A stretch of 53,177 nt of DNA, the filler included, from Catajapyx aquilonaris (Eukaryota), in the NCBI GenBank assembly GCA_000934665.2. It is 3 parts of 3 records of this genome, joined end to end, with 100 filler letters (N's around TTAATTAATTAA, not from the genome) between each part and the next. Parts side by side here need not be neighbours in the genome. Positions count along the whole stretch, not along the records: positions 1 to 17,634 come from JYFJ02006901.1; 2 more parts are not named here. One strand, written 5' to 3'. Position 1 is the stretch's first letter. The number at the start of each line of letters is the position of its first letter. The notes below the pieces were generated by a model that was not told where the DNA came from, ran no database searches, and saw only the letters and a list, made by a program, of their open reading frames with translations. A program made the position numbers and the translations under genes. Positions 1-12,100 of this stretch are shown here, one piece after another.

Positions 1-572
1 ACACCAGTGCAAAAATTTCTCTCCCCCCGAGGCTTATGATCCCGATTTGAATTTTATTACTTACTCGTTTCCGGCGCTCTCCATGGAGCCCACCGACGAA
101 GATAGTGACTCGCACCTAGTGTTACATTTCGATTTTGCTGAAAATTGGACTGTAATACTTCCCGACGAAATTCAGAGCTACCACTGGGCGAAGACTCAGA
201 TCACAGTGTTCACCTGCATGACATACTTGGGTGACAACGTGATGAGAGTCGCTGTTGTCACTTGTCAGTGACGATACATTTGGTTTGACTTCTGGAAAAA
301 TGTGAGTAAGACTTTGCAATACCTCTATGCCTGATTTGACCTCACCGGACCTCACATAGCATTAACCAGTATCAGATATAAGTTTCAAGGTATCATACAA
401 TCACATGTAGCCTACATGTACGAGAGAAGTTCTAATCAAATGTACCGTACATGATGCTATGAGTCGTGGGACTGGGTCGGTGGGCTCCATGGAGAGCGCC
501 GGAAACGAGTAAGTAATAAAATTCAAATCGGGATCATAAGCCTCGGGGGGAGAGAAATGTTTGCACTGGTGT
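1..572. repeat. Inverted-repeat (foldback/MITE-like) element; 97-bp arms at 1-97 and 476-572, left arm probably continues beyond the window
   Basis: 1-97 is the reverse complement of 476-572 with one mismatch. The left arm runs to the window edge, so true termini and TSD are not visible. Confidence 0.8.
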
Positions 573-1708
573 GTGGCTCAGATGTTCCTCTGCCCAGAAA
601 TAAATAGGCGTTCAATTATTCGGTGGTGTTTTTGAGAAAATTATTTTCTTCCAAACCATGTTTTGACAAGTTAACAATGTTCAACAATGACTCCACTGTT
701 AACCTTTGACTTCAAAGCTTAACAAAGCTGATAAGTAGAGAGGGTATGAGTTGTACTCAAAGTCTACATGTTTCATTTGGCCACAAATATTTTTTTGCAA
801 AGAAAAAAATTCGCGAAAACTGCTAAAATGTCGTAAAACAGCATTTTTGCCATTTTTTTCCGCGGTTGCTAATTATACATTCGCAATTATCTTATATCGA
901 AAATTCAGACCTAGGTAGGCAGTTGCTCCATTACAAATTTGGTTTTCCTGTAACGTATAGGAAAATTGGTACACGCGTCCAAAGTTGAGGAAAAATGAAC
1001 TTCGAGAAATAGCAGATTTGGTACCCCTGCGGTTATGAATTTTTTCAGGGCGAACAAAATATGACACTGAAAAATAGCCAGTGTCATTCGTCATCATTTC
1101 GACAGTGGTACCTCGTGTAATTTTTCCGTAATAATCGGAGACCAAGCCCTGACAGCCTCCGCCTGATTTGAAATGGAACCACCCAGATGCTTTTTTCTTT
1201 TGCATCTGATGCTTATGAGTATTATGACTATTGTACTATATCACTGAAAAATATAGGGCCGATTTTTCATTGAAATCAAATGCATAAACGTATCCATGTT
1301 TTTGAGCAATATGTGTCAACACTACACAGTATTACATGTAGGCCCTACCTAATGCCCACATTGAAAGAGAGAAAAAAAATGTCAGGGGCTCCAATGTCAA
1401 TTTTTTTTCTAAAAAAATTGCTCCATGGGACAAAAAGTTTGGGAACCACTGGTCTACACTGTTGTAATAATTTATTTACAATGTATTTCTGTCATTTGTC
1501 TGTGATAGATCAATCAAGGAATAATGTCCATAAATATGGTATACCATAAAATTTATTTTATGACCTCCTATTTCATCCTGTCAGAGGGATGCATTATTCT
1601 TCTATTCAGGAATGCTGCCACACATCCTGTTACTAGTTTCATCTCGAACTCATTTTGCTCTGCTCTGCTTTGCTCTGCTGGAGTCAGTGTGAGAAGTGCT
1701 TCTCTAAA

Positions 1709-4700
1709 ATGAAGTGCACTGTAATACTGGCCATGGTTCTGTACCTAGCTGAAATGATTGCATCAGCCAGAATTCTAATTTACATTGCGTTGGGTGCTCC
1801 AAGCCATTTGTTTACCATTTTGCCATATGCCAACACATTGGTGAAGCGAGGACACAATGTTACTGTCATATCATCTATGAAGAGCACTCATGGTAACTAT
1901 GAAGAAATAGTACCTTCAGCATTTGTGGCTGCAAACAAAGGTGTCATGTCACATAATGCTGTCCATCAACGACTATCTGACAACATCCTGACTTACAACC
2001 AGCATTGGTTTGTAATGTCGCAAGTTACATGTCAGGGTCTCCTGGACAGCCCAGAGGTGAGAGATATCATCACTGGAAGGCAGCAGTTTGACCTGATTAT
2101 TCTAGACCCTCTGTGCAATGAGTGTGGACTGGGTCTTATTCACTCTCAGAAAGTGCCTTTAGTATATTTCAACACAGCTAGTTTGTACCAGTGGCATACT
2201 ACTACCTTTGGTCTTCCCTCCACTGCCATTTTTTGGCCAAGTTTCCATGTATTTCGCATCAATGATGTCACTAAATTTACTCATCGCTTGGTAATAGCCA
2301 CTACCAACATGCTCTATACACTTCTGCGGCATTATTACCTAATGCCTAAGTTGCAAATGATGTGGGAACGTGCTTTGGGGGAAAATATTTCTTCATTTTC
2401 TGAGCTGGAAAGCAATGTGAGTCTTTCCTTTGTCAATTCACATCCTTCTGTGGAAGCCCCATTTCCTTATGCACCCAACATCATTGAAGTAGGAGGAATT
2501 CACCTACAAGAGCAGCAGAAGGCTTTGCCCAAGGTATGTAATTTCAAATACTACATTCAGGATTTTAAATGTTGATTTCAAATCTATACGTATGACTATG
2601 GAGAGAAGTGAATGTTTGTGACCTTTTCATGTGTGTACCATTTAATTCCATAGCAGATTTTAGGGCCTTAGGATTCACAACCTGGATAGTTACCCATTTG
2701 GGCACTTGCCCTTGGTTACAATATTGTGGAATACATAACAAAGGCAAGGCCGATCAGACCTACATCTGGCCAAAGGATGGAGTGTCCCACCCTGATTGGC
2801 ATATTCTTAAAACTAAGACTAACACCCTAACACTAGTGCTAAAACTACCTGTGTGTAGACATCTTGAGGGTTCGACAAGAGATAAGTTCATTCCAATTTA
2901 GGTCTGAGTTCCTTCTAATATAGGGTTACCTCAGTGATTTTTAACCATATTGTGAGCTTTGGGAATTGACTTTTCCATTAGCACTCAAATAAACTACTCC
3001 TTAACTTTTGTATTTGTTGCTTGGCTGGGCTCATCAACTAGAGAGGAATCAACTCTGGAATCAAACTCACTGCTATTAATCAGTGTATTAGTTTTATTAT
3101 TTACCATTACATTTATAAAATATGAAGCGATGAGATCAGAAACCCCGTAAGTCCATAGAAGTAAGTTTTTCAGGAGAGACATAAAACAACCTAAGTTCAG
3201 AATGCTGCTGTTGCATACATTGGAATATTTTATTTATGTAACACACATGCAAGGGCAATACTTTCATCCTGGTTTAAAATAATTAAGTGACAATGGGTGT
3301 CTGTAGTGTTTTGTTAAAAGTCCTGGACTTATGGGGTTTCTGCTTTCATCGCCCTTGACGGAATAAATGAAGACCAAAATGCTGTACTTTTTTGTAAACT
3401 TGAGCTTTATTTTCACTACTGAATGACATCCTTTACTGAGAGTCCCACAATTCAGTTCCATCTGACCCCTTCTCATCTTCAGTTTGATCACTATTCTATT
3501 TTGAAGATTATATGGGACTGACCCAGCCTTGAGGCCCTACAGCCCCTTACTTCCTATTTATTTAATGCAACAAAATACACCAATACAAAACAATAAAGCA
3601 ATAAACTGCACTCTTAGGTGAAGCTAGCATCCTCTACTTCGCCTCTGGCTATCATTTGCCATGATGCATGAATGCAGAAACCCCATATGTGGAGTGGACT
3701 CAAGGGGTTTCTGAACTCACTGGGTCATTTTTTGGGATTTCCCCTCACGTTCTTGTGTGGTTTCTGCATATACTCGATAGATAAGGATGTGTGTCCATTT
3801 CTGGCCATAACTCAATTTCGCAAAAAATGTGACTTATGGAGTTTCTGTTTTTATCGCTTCATATTGAAAATCACTTCATTGCAGTGGGCCAGGCCACAAG
3901 GTTTCTTGGCCACACGTACCCTAGCCATTGCCTATAGTAATACCAAACAATGTTGCTCGAAACAGGAATGGGATGTTCTAGCAACTGGCCTTGAGGGTGT
4001 AGGATTTATTATAGTCAGCTTGGGATCCATTGTGCAACCTAAAACGCTGCCTCCAGAATACTACAAGATCTTCCTTGAGGTATTTTCTCGCCTTCCTCAG
4101 CAAATATTGTGGAAAGGTAACCCTCATGATCTACATGATGATCTCAGGAGCATCCCTTCAAATGTGCTTTTTCGAAAATGGATTCCCCAACGTGATCTTC
4201 TTGGTAGAGTATACAACTGATTAATGCTACCAAGTGCCTCTTCTGAATGTTTCTTTACTGCAGGTCATCCTAAGTGTCGTGCATTTGTAAGTCATGGTGG
4301 GAGGCTGAGCACTTTGGAAGCTGTCAGTGCAGGTGTCCCAATGGTAGTCATACCATTCTTTGCTGACCAAGATATCAATGCTGATGCAATCCAGTCTGCT
4401 GGATTTGGTGTCAGGTTAGACATTTCTGAGGTGACTGTCACCACTCTTTTTTCTGCAATCACCTCGATTATGAATGATTCTGGGTACGTAGTACATATAC
4501 AGTATATAAACAATATACAAGTTATAATAGCTAACATAAATCATGCAAGTTATTTGATTGCGACAGATACAAGATGATGGCTCAAAGGAGATCAGAGCTT
4601 CTTCGAGATCAGTTGGAAACTCCAATGCAGCGGGCCATTTATTGGACTGAATTTGTGATTCGTCATGGAGGGGCACCACATTTGGCACCTTCACGGATGC

Positions 4701-4894
4701 TAAGGAAATGGTATCAGTACCACTTGATAGATGTGTGGGGTTTCATTGTTATATTTTTGTTAAGTCTTGCAGGTATTATGGTTTACATTTTCACATGCAT
4801 CCTAACAAAATCTGTTAGAAATTTGACCATATTGAAAGAAACTACTTGCCCCAATTACATGAACAACAATGAGATATTGTTCAAGATGAAATAA
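1709..4894 (+). CDS. UDP-glycosyltransferase (UGT/GT1 family), 4 exons: join(1709..2533,3966..4203,4264..4483,4567..4894), 536 aa
   Basis: Signal peptide MKCTVILAMVLYLAEMIASA; catalytic His region GAPSH; FDLIILD; UGT signature WIPQRDLLGHP..FVSHGGRLSTLEAVSAGVPMVVIPFFADQ; RAIYWTEFVIRHGGAPHL; WYQYHLIDV followed by a TM helix and a C-terminal KMK. GT-AG introns at 2534-3965, 4204-4263 and 4484-4566 join in frame (1611 nt). AATAAA downstream at ~5003 and 5161. Confidence 0.95.
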
Positions 4895-5253
4895 TATTTT
4901 TACTGTAGAATACTGGTACATAGAGACATGAGCATTAATTATGTAATAAGTGGGTCATAGAAGATTAGTAGACCAGTGAGTCGGCCATTGATCGGCACAT
5001 TAATAAATACATTTCAGTATTGTAATTAAGGCAATTGTATTGTAGACACGTACTCATATATACAGTAGTATAATGTGAAGACACATTTTTCATGCTCGAT
5101 GAAGTGACTTAGTCTTGTATAATTTTTCCACTGTAATAATAATTGCTATTGTTTCAGACCAATAAATAAGTGCATAAATCAATCGTCCTACTTGTAGTGG
5201 TACAAAAATAAAGATCCCATTAAACACTTGCATCGCACTTTGCCTTAACTACA

Positions 5254-6117
5254 GTAGGGAAACTGGGGCTAGATGGCACACTTTTCACATTTAATTTTTT
5301 TCTGATGCCAGTTAAGACTTATTCACTGTAATACATTTGATATTTTCACATGTTTGCATTTTAAATATACTATCCCCCTAGAAATTATTTTAAAAGCCCC
5401 TGCATGTGTGCAAGGGGCATGATGGCACAAGGCATGGGGAACTTTGGCACAGTAATACAGCTAAGGTAGGGCTTGTGAAACAATATGAAAATAACTTCCA
5501 CACACATTATCGATTCATGTCCATATAGTTACAAGAGATTACAAAGATATTCAGAACTTTTTGCCTGCAGGATAACATAGCATGCCCTCCAGCTAAGGAG
5601 CAAGTAGCGGGCAACTGGGAAAAGTGCATGGGCCCGGCTTAATAAGTGACAGGGGAGAGGTACTAGACTAACTAGAGGCTGCCATGGTCTTCTGTAATCG
5701 CCGTGGTCTGCCAAGGTTGGTAGGGACATGTGCCATCATGCCCCGTAGGCATTATTTTACCTTTCTAGTTCTCCTGCTTTTGAGTGACAAATATTAAATG
5801 GCCATTTATGCTGTTATGTTGTAGGCAGATATTCTGCCTTGCAGACGCATTATTGGGCTCAGTGATCTAGCCCTTCCGCTGGAAGAAACAAGAAAAAACT
5901 AATGAGAAATGGACTCAAATGGTCAAAAATCGGAAAAAAATCGGTAGGCCTACTCCCGCCGACAATCTTTTGCGATTGAATTGAAAATAGGACATAATGC
6001 GGATCATGTCTACCTGCACCTACCACATAAGCATCATGTCTGTGAACTTAACAGCCTCTTCAAAAATTTGACTGTGCCATCGTACCCCTGTAGCCATCGT
6101 GCCCCTGTCTCCCCTAC
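5254..6117. mobile_element. Non-autonomous DNA transposon (MITE), probably Tc1/mariner-pogo superfamily
   Basis: Imperfect TIRs GTAGGGAAACTGGGGC.. / ..GCCCCTGTCTCCCCTAC, with repeated GATGGCACA / TGTGCCATC subterminal motifs in both orientations. No coding capacity. Confidence 0.55.
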
Positions 6118-6732
6118 TTAGTGAGGGAATTATGATGGCTGGAGGAAGTTACTGCTGAGAAGCACATTATCATAATGAGCCTGTAACAGCCATGAACAGA
6201 GTGGTGGTCAGAGGTTAGCAAATATTTTTGCACCGACTACTATTGATATCTGCACTTTAGCAGTAATTAACTACTGCTGCTTTCTGGCCTCAAATGTAAA
6301 TATCTCCCTTTAGCCCACCTTCACTATGGAAAATTTAAATGATGCAAGGAATGGCCTAACTAGCAACATGGAATGTAGGAATTGAAAAACCTTGCCAATA
6401 AATTAACATACCAAGTGCACAAAGCCTCCCCATAAAACTATGCATGAAATTCAGGGATTGTCTCCTTTTCATAATCCTCCTAATTACTTACCATAAAGGG
6501 GGCTGTCGCAGGTTGGGAATGGTATTACTCAGCCTACCTTCAATTCAACAAGCCACTACTAGAGTTCATGAGTAGTTATTTGAGTACAGTAGGGAGAGAG
6601 GAAAAAGGGAATGAGAAACTCTAGCAGCAGCATTGGTGTGTTAGTTTTCAGCAGCAATTAGAAGCATAATGATGAAAAATTGTTCCAGAAGTAGGCAGTA
6701 AACTTTCCATGCTACACTAATGAAAGGTAGGT

Positions 6733-7087
6733 ATGGGGAAGGCGCGGTGGTCTCGGCTTGCTGAGCGGAAGGTCCCTGGTTCGATCCCCGCCCGGGATTT
6801 CCTTTCCGCCTGCGTCAGTGGGTCTCTGCCTGCGCCTAAGAAGGCGTCTTGGCAACCGAGCCTTCTGGGGGACTGCGCATGACCCATTTCTGACATTGCA
6901 CTTGCACCTGTGTCCCCTCCCCAAAAATCTATATCCTTACCCCATGTCCTTTCATCTTTGCACCGGAGTTAGAAGAAAAAAAATCAGAAAATTGAAGGGA
7001 AAATGGTGGTATTCCACCCTCCTATAAGGGCCTCTGGCCCTATCATGGGATAACATTTAAAAAAAGAGAAAAGAAAAGAGAAAAAAA
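6733..7087 (+). mobile_element. tRNA-derived SINE, family A
   Basis: B-box-like GGTTCGATCCC, A-rich tail, 11-bp TSD GAAAGGTAGGT (6722-6732 / 7088-7098). Homologous to the copy at 32396-32720. Confidence 0.85.
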
Positions 7088-7301
7088 GAAAGGTAGGTCT
7101 GAAGATTTAAATTATTGTGTATATCAATTTTTGGTACTCTGAGAGAAACACTGGTAATTAAAAAAAAGTTCTATGAATCTACTGACTTGTGAGCTTTAGT
7201 GCCATCACAGTTTCTCTAATAGTGATATGGCAGTGTCAATAACAAAACATTTTCACTGAACTCTGTTCTATAAGATCGAATGTCTTGTTGGAGACAGTTA
7301 A

Positions 7302-8175
7302 CCCAGATATGCCGGGAAAAGTTTTTGTTGAATTTTTGAACCTTTTTTTGTTTCTATTAGTTCATATTATTTCCCATAACACAAAAATCGAGATAAAACA
7401 TTTTTCTGAATGCTTGTTTGCGAGAAAATGGCTGTTCCCTATAATATTATAGGATGCTAGGAAAATGTAACCTAGTATGGCTATAATAATTGTTGATTAC
7501 ATTACCATGGCAACAATGACATTCAGCAATACCCATAGTTTCATAAGATCACCAATAATTGATTGTTGTCGATTGCATTACCGTGGAAACAGGCCGTGCA
7601 AAGAAGGGGTTGTAATTTAGTCACAATCAAAAACAATCAAGGATTGTTGCAACGGTTGCCATGTTAACCAATTGCCATGTAAACTCGTTTTAATGATATG
7701 GATTCATTAAAATATAGTTCAACAAAGCATACAAAATCCACACACATACTTTACTTGGCCAAATGTGGGTGCATTATTTTGCCTCTCGTGTTCTCTCGAG
7801 GGGACATCAGATTTCAACACTACTCTCAGACAAGGAAAGTAAAAAATATGCCTATTTCCCCATCGACATCATCATTCATAAGTTTTCTAAGTTTTACAAA
7901 CAATAAATAACTCATAACACTAATCAGTACTTGAAAATTAATTACTAATCATATTCAGAACATGAAGCCATGATTTCCTGCATTAAAATTCAAACACCTG
8001 TATCTTAAAAATCTGAGCAATATTGAGCAGGTTTTAACTTGTATCATTAGCTGTGACTCTACTGAAGCCCCAGTCACTACTGCCAGCTCTTTAGCAGCAG
8101 AAGAACCAGCGCAAAAAAATTAAACTGTAACAACTGCGCAGGTGTCCCCTAGGGGGGACGCTCGGCATATCTGGG
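7302..8175. mobile_element. piggyBac-like non-autonomous element
   Basis: TIRs CCCAGATATGCCG / CGGCATATCTGGG, flanked by TTAA (7298-7301) and TTAG (8176-8179). Confidence 0.7.
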
Positions 8176-8217
8176 TTAGTAAGCAAAATATGCCTGGTTT
8201 ATTTTCGCCACTTTTAA

Positions 8218-8220
<3 letters not shown>

Positions 8221-8284
<64 letters not shown>

Positions 8285-8859
8285 GGGTTTAGTCGAAGCA
8301 GTTTGGCAATGTGGATAAGGCGTCCGACTGCTAATCGAGAGGTCCTGGGTTCGAATCCCAAGGCCGGCAACTCTGACAGTGGTTTTCTGTGGTTTCCCAC
8401 GGTCCTTCCAGGAAAATTCCGGAGTTGTTTCCGTAATTAACAGGCCACAGCCGCTTCCTTCTGTCCCTATCCCATCCCAAAAAAGTGCAGTAAAATGAAA
8501 GCAAAGAGTTCCAGGCAAAAGAAAAAACTTCCCCCCTAAAGAGCCGAAAAAGGCTGATAACGGGGTATGAATTATGAATTATTATTATTAATAGGGTTTA
8601 GTGCACCGCCCTTCTTGGGCAGGGAACCTTTATTATGCCCCGTACCGCGAGCGAAGGGGGGATGAGTAGGAGGGGATGTGCAATGTCTTAAACGTGGTAC
8701 ATTTTGTGAACTCCCCCGGGTGGTTAGTCTCAAGGAATCCCACCCGAGACGAAGCCAGAGGCTACCCAACTCTGCACGAGATGAAGGGGGGGATGCCCAG
8801 GCTTGGTATCGAAACCGGGACCCTTACATCCGTGGGTGCGTACGTTACCGCAGCGCCAC
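8221..8859 (-). mobile_element. tRNA-derived SINE, family C, with (TTA)n tail; hosts a nested family-B SINE
   Basis: TSD CCACTTTTAAAAT at 8208-8220 / 8860-8872; (AAT)n run on + at ~8219-8284 is the tail. Homologous to 15239-15565 and 47645-47943. Confidence 0.85.
8294..8589 (+). mobile_element. tRNA-derived SINE, family B, inserted into the tail of a family-C SINE
   Basis: A-box-like TGGCAATGTGG, B box GGTTCGAATCC, (ATT)n tail, TSD AATAGGGTTTAGT at 8281-8293 / 8590-8602. Confidence 0.88.
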
Positions 8860-9134
8860 CCACTTTTAAAATTAGGAACCACACAGACACCACCCAACAA
8901 TCTGGACGATAAATTAAGATCCACTAAAAGAAGAAAAAAAAAAATGCTGCTAGTAAGATGAACTCTTTGCCTGAAATCACTTAAACCATTGTGCACGTTG
9001 TAGTGACATGAGATACAACAATAACACCAAACTGATGGCACAAGAAGCGATTGATAATTTTTATTGCTCAAACTGTACACATGGGCACTATTCCGTAGAG
9101 GACAATGATGCCACGTATGATACTACACTACTAC

Positions 9135-12100
9135 TTAGTGCTGTGTCCACTTGATAGACTTGAGATCAACTCCTTGCTGCACCATCTCCCACAGTGGACT
9201 ATCAAAAGGAGGAGGAGGAAATCAGAGAAAGCAGATCTTACATACTGTTGGCATACAAGTGAAACACACGAAGTCCAATTTGGAGGGGTTTGAGTTATTT
9301 ACATCATAAAATAGCATATCCCCCCCCCAATCTATAGCCTGGTGAAGCCTGAATGCCAGTATGTTAGTCCTCAAAATTCATTATGAGCCAGAAAGCCAGG
9401 AATTTTTTTCCTTCCCTAGCATGAAAGCAAGTGCAAGGTCAAATCTTTGCCTTCAATAATCTTGAATCTGGTTTTTTGGACTTTGTGTGCTTCATTTGTA
9501 TACCAACAATATCCATTTGTAAAAGTAATTAATACTACAAATTATGAAGTGTGAGGAATTGCTGGAAGAATCCATAAATGGCAGGGGGAAAGGGAGACAC
9601 TGATAATGATACAAGAAGGGAGGCAAGATCCTATTTTTCTATGAGAACCTCCTAAATACAGTGAAACTTCTATATGTCGAACTTCCCTAAGTCGAAGTTC
9701 TCTATAAGTCGAAGAAAACGACAAGCTTGGTTGGTCACAATGTAAAAGAATAGGAAATAAACTTCCCTAATTCGAATTTCTATAACTCGAAGTGCAAGCA
9801 GGACCTCGCAATGGGATATTGATGCATTTTCAGTCTCCCTAAGTCGAAGTTCATGTTGGCGAGTACGGAAAATTTTCTCCAGCCGAAGGGTAGAGAGTAG
9901 GCCACATGTACAGAAAGGTTCAATTTCCTAATCTCTGTCTACCAGACGTACCGAAAGAAGTGCTTGACTCGATTGTGACAATTGAATCCTTGAATCTAAG
10001 TGTAGGCAAATGTCCATCACAGAGATTTTTTTTACAACAAAACAACGAGGAACATTGTAAGTGTGATAGTGACAGTTATTATTAAGTTTTGAACACCTTT
10101 TGCCACTGGATATAAAGGTAGGGTTCCTTATAGATTATTATAGATTTATTATCTGCACTTTAAAAAATCCAAACTTCTCTAACTCGAATCTTCTATAACT
10201 TGAAGTTTTTTTCCGGTCCCACGAAGATTCGACTTACAGAAGTTTTACTGTACATAGCTGGCCAAACATGCAGGTGAACTGACATGTCCCCTGTCAGGCT
10301 GGATTATGGAGAAGGGAGGGCATGGGGCGAGAAGGTGGGGGGTGGGGATGTTGGTATGTATGTAAGTTACATGCAAAACTCTCTCCTCAATCTTCACTCC
10401 CTGTGCATTTCCTCCTTCGTAATGAAGACATGTCAGTTTACCTGCATTTTGGGCCAGCTTTAAGATGAGTTATGCAATTTATGAATAACCTCAAGCTACT
10501 CACAACTGCTTCTTTCTCACACAACTCACCTCATCTCCCTAAGCCTGGTAACATGCTTGATGACCTTGTCTGCAGTGTATTCAATCTCTTCTTCAGAAGT
10601 AAACCTTCCAATCCCAAACCTAATGGATGAATGGGCCAGATCCTCATCAGCTCCAATAGCTCGCAACACATAAGAGGGCTCCAGCGAAGCAGAGGTGCAG
10701 GCAGATCCAGAGGAGAGTGCCACATCCTTCAAGGCCATCAGGAGGCTCTCCCCTTCCACACAGGCAAAGCTCAGGTTGACACATCCAGCGTAGGTGTGAT
10801 CAGGGTCACCGTTGCGGATCACTTTTGGTAAGGCGGAGGTGATGCGGTCTATCAGTTGACGGGATAGTGCTTCAACCCGCTGGGCATCATATGGCATCTC
10901 ATATGAAGCTACCTCACATGCAGCTCCCAGTCCCACAACAAGAGGGGTTGGGACAGTCCCACTCCTCATTCCACGTTCTTGACCACCACCACTTTGGAGA
11001 GCTTCCACACGCACACGGGGGCGGCGGCGAAGGTACAGGGCACCCACTCCTGGTGAGAGACACATCATATTGCATAAGATCACATAATAACTTTACTATT
11101 AATATTATACAGCAATCCAAACACGTCCCTCTCAAGAACCTGCCCTGATGGTATCTCCACCTTGCTGGGGGGACTTGTGATTCTCTAGTGACCCCAAGAG
11201 CAATAACAAAATTGACATTGCTGGTTTACTTTTGAAAAACTTATGAAAAAGGACATTTCACATTTGGAAAAATAGAGCAGGGTGGTTGCTCACACAGAAA
11301 TTTTCAGGAACACAGGAGCCCTGTGTCCTTGGAGGTGTATTAAGATAAACATTTGTGAACCCTTTTCCACCCACCCAAAGTCAGTTAAGTTGGACTACAT
11401 GACTTCATGCCACTCAGCCACTACTCAAGAGCCACCACAACTCTTGTTAATTGGTCAATGTTCACTCATGTAAATACCAATTTTGTGCTCCACTAACAAA
11501 ATGGGTTCTATCATTGACATTCAATGCCAATTGGCCATTTCCAATCATAAATTCGTTGCAGTTCAGAGCTGGGATAGGTGACTCAATTCAGTCTAACATT
11601 AGCAGCTAATTTTTTGATTAATGACTAGAATGGTCATTATGAGTTACGAATGACCTACGGAACATGGAAATAGCAATATTTTCATGGACAGATATCGTGT
11701 TCCATAGTGTTATTATTGTAAGGTGAGAAGGACATCTTCCCTGCAAAAAGGTGTTGTGGCCTGTGTCTAGGGGCAAGCCAATGGGTTTGGTCATCTACCC
11801 TGTTACCAGTTGGTCAATTGACATTTCTCCACCCTACATTTTTTACTTTCTTTGGGCCAACGAGTATGATGCTGGCTGGACAACAGGCTAGTAGGAATCA
11901 CCCTGTATATAGGGTGATCATAAAGTCCCACTCCATAGAAGGTAACGATCATAGGTTTACTAAGTTGCTTAAAATATTGTTAAATTAAGTCTGTAAAGCA
12001 TGAGAAACACTCAACTACTGCATGTGCCTCGTTAACAGTTTAACGCCGTCTGTATTATTGCAGATCATCTGGCTGTGTAGCAGGATTATAAAGTTTAATC

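Noticed and set aside
1438..1452. hAT/Charlie-like terminus TTTGGGAACCACTG (similar at ~43717)
   Set aside because: Only one end found, with no partner TIR or 8-bp TSD.
8294..8375. Functional tRNA genes at SINE heads (also 25798, 30492, 32200-32280)
   Set aside because: Each continues into a shared non-tRNA body and tail, most with TSDs; these are SINEs.
8120..8518. ORFs with poly-Tyr/poly-Ile/poly-Asn tracts (also 15140-15472 and 31772-32107)
   Set aside because: These are translations of (AAT)n SINE tails, not genes.
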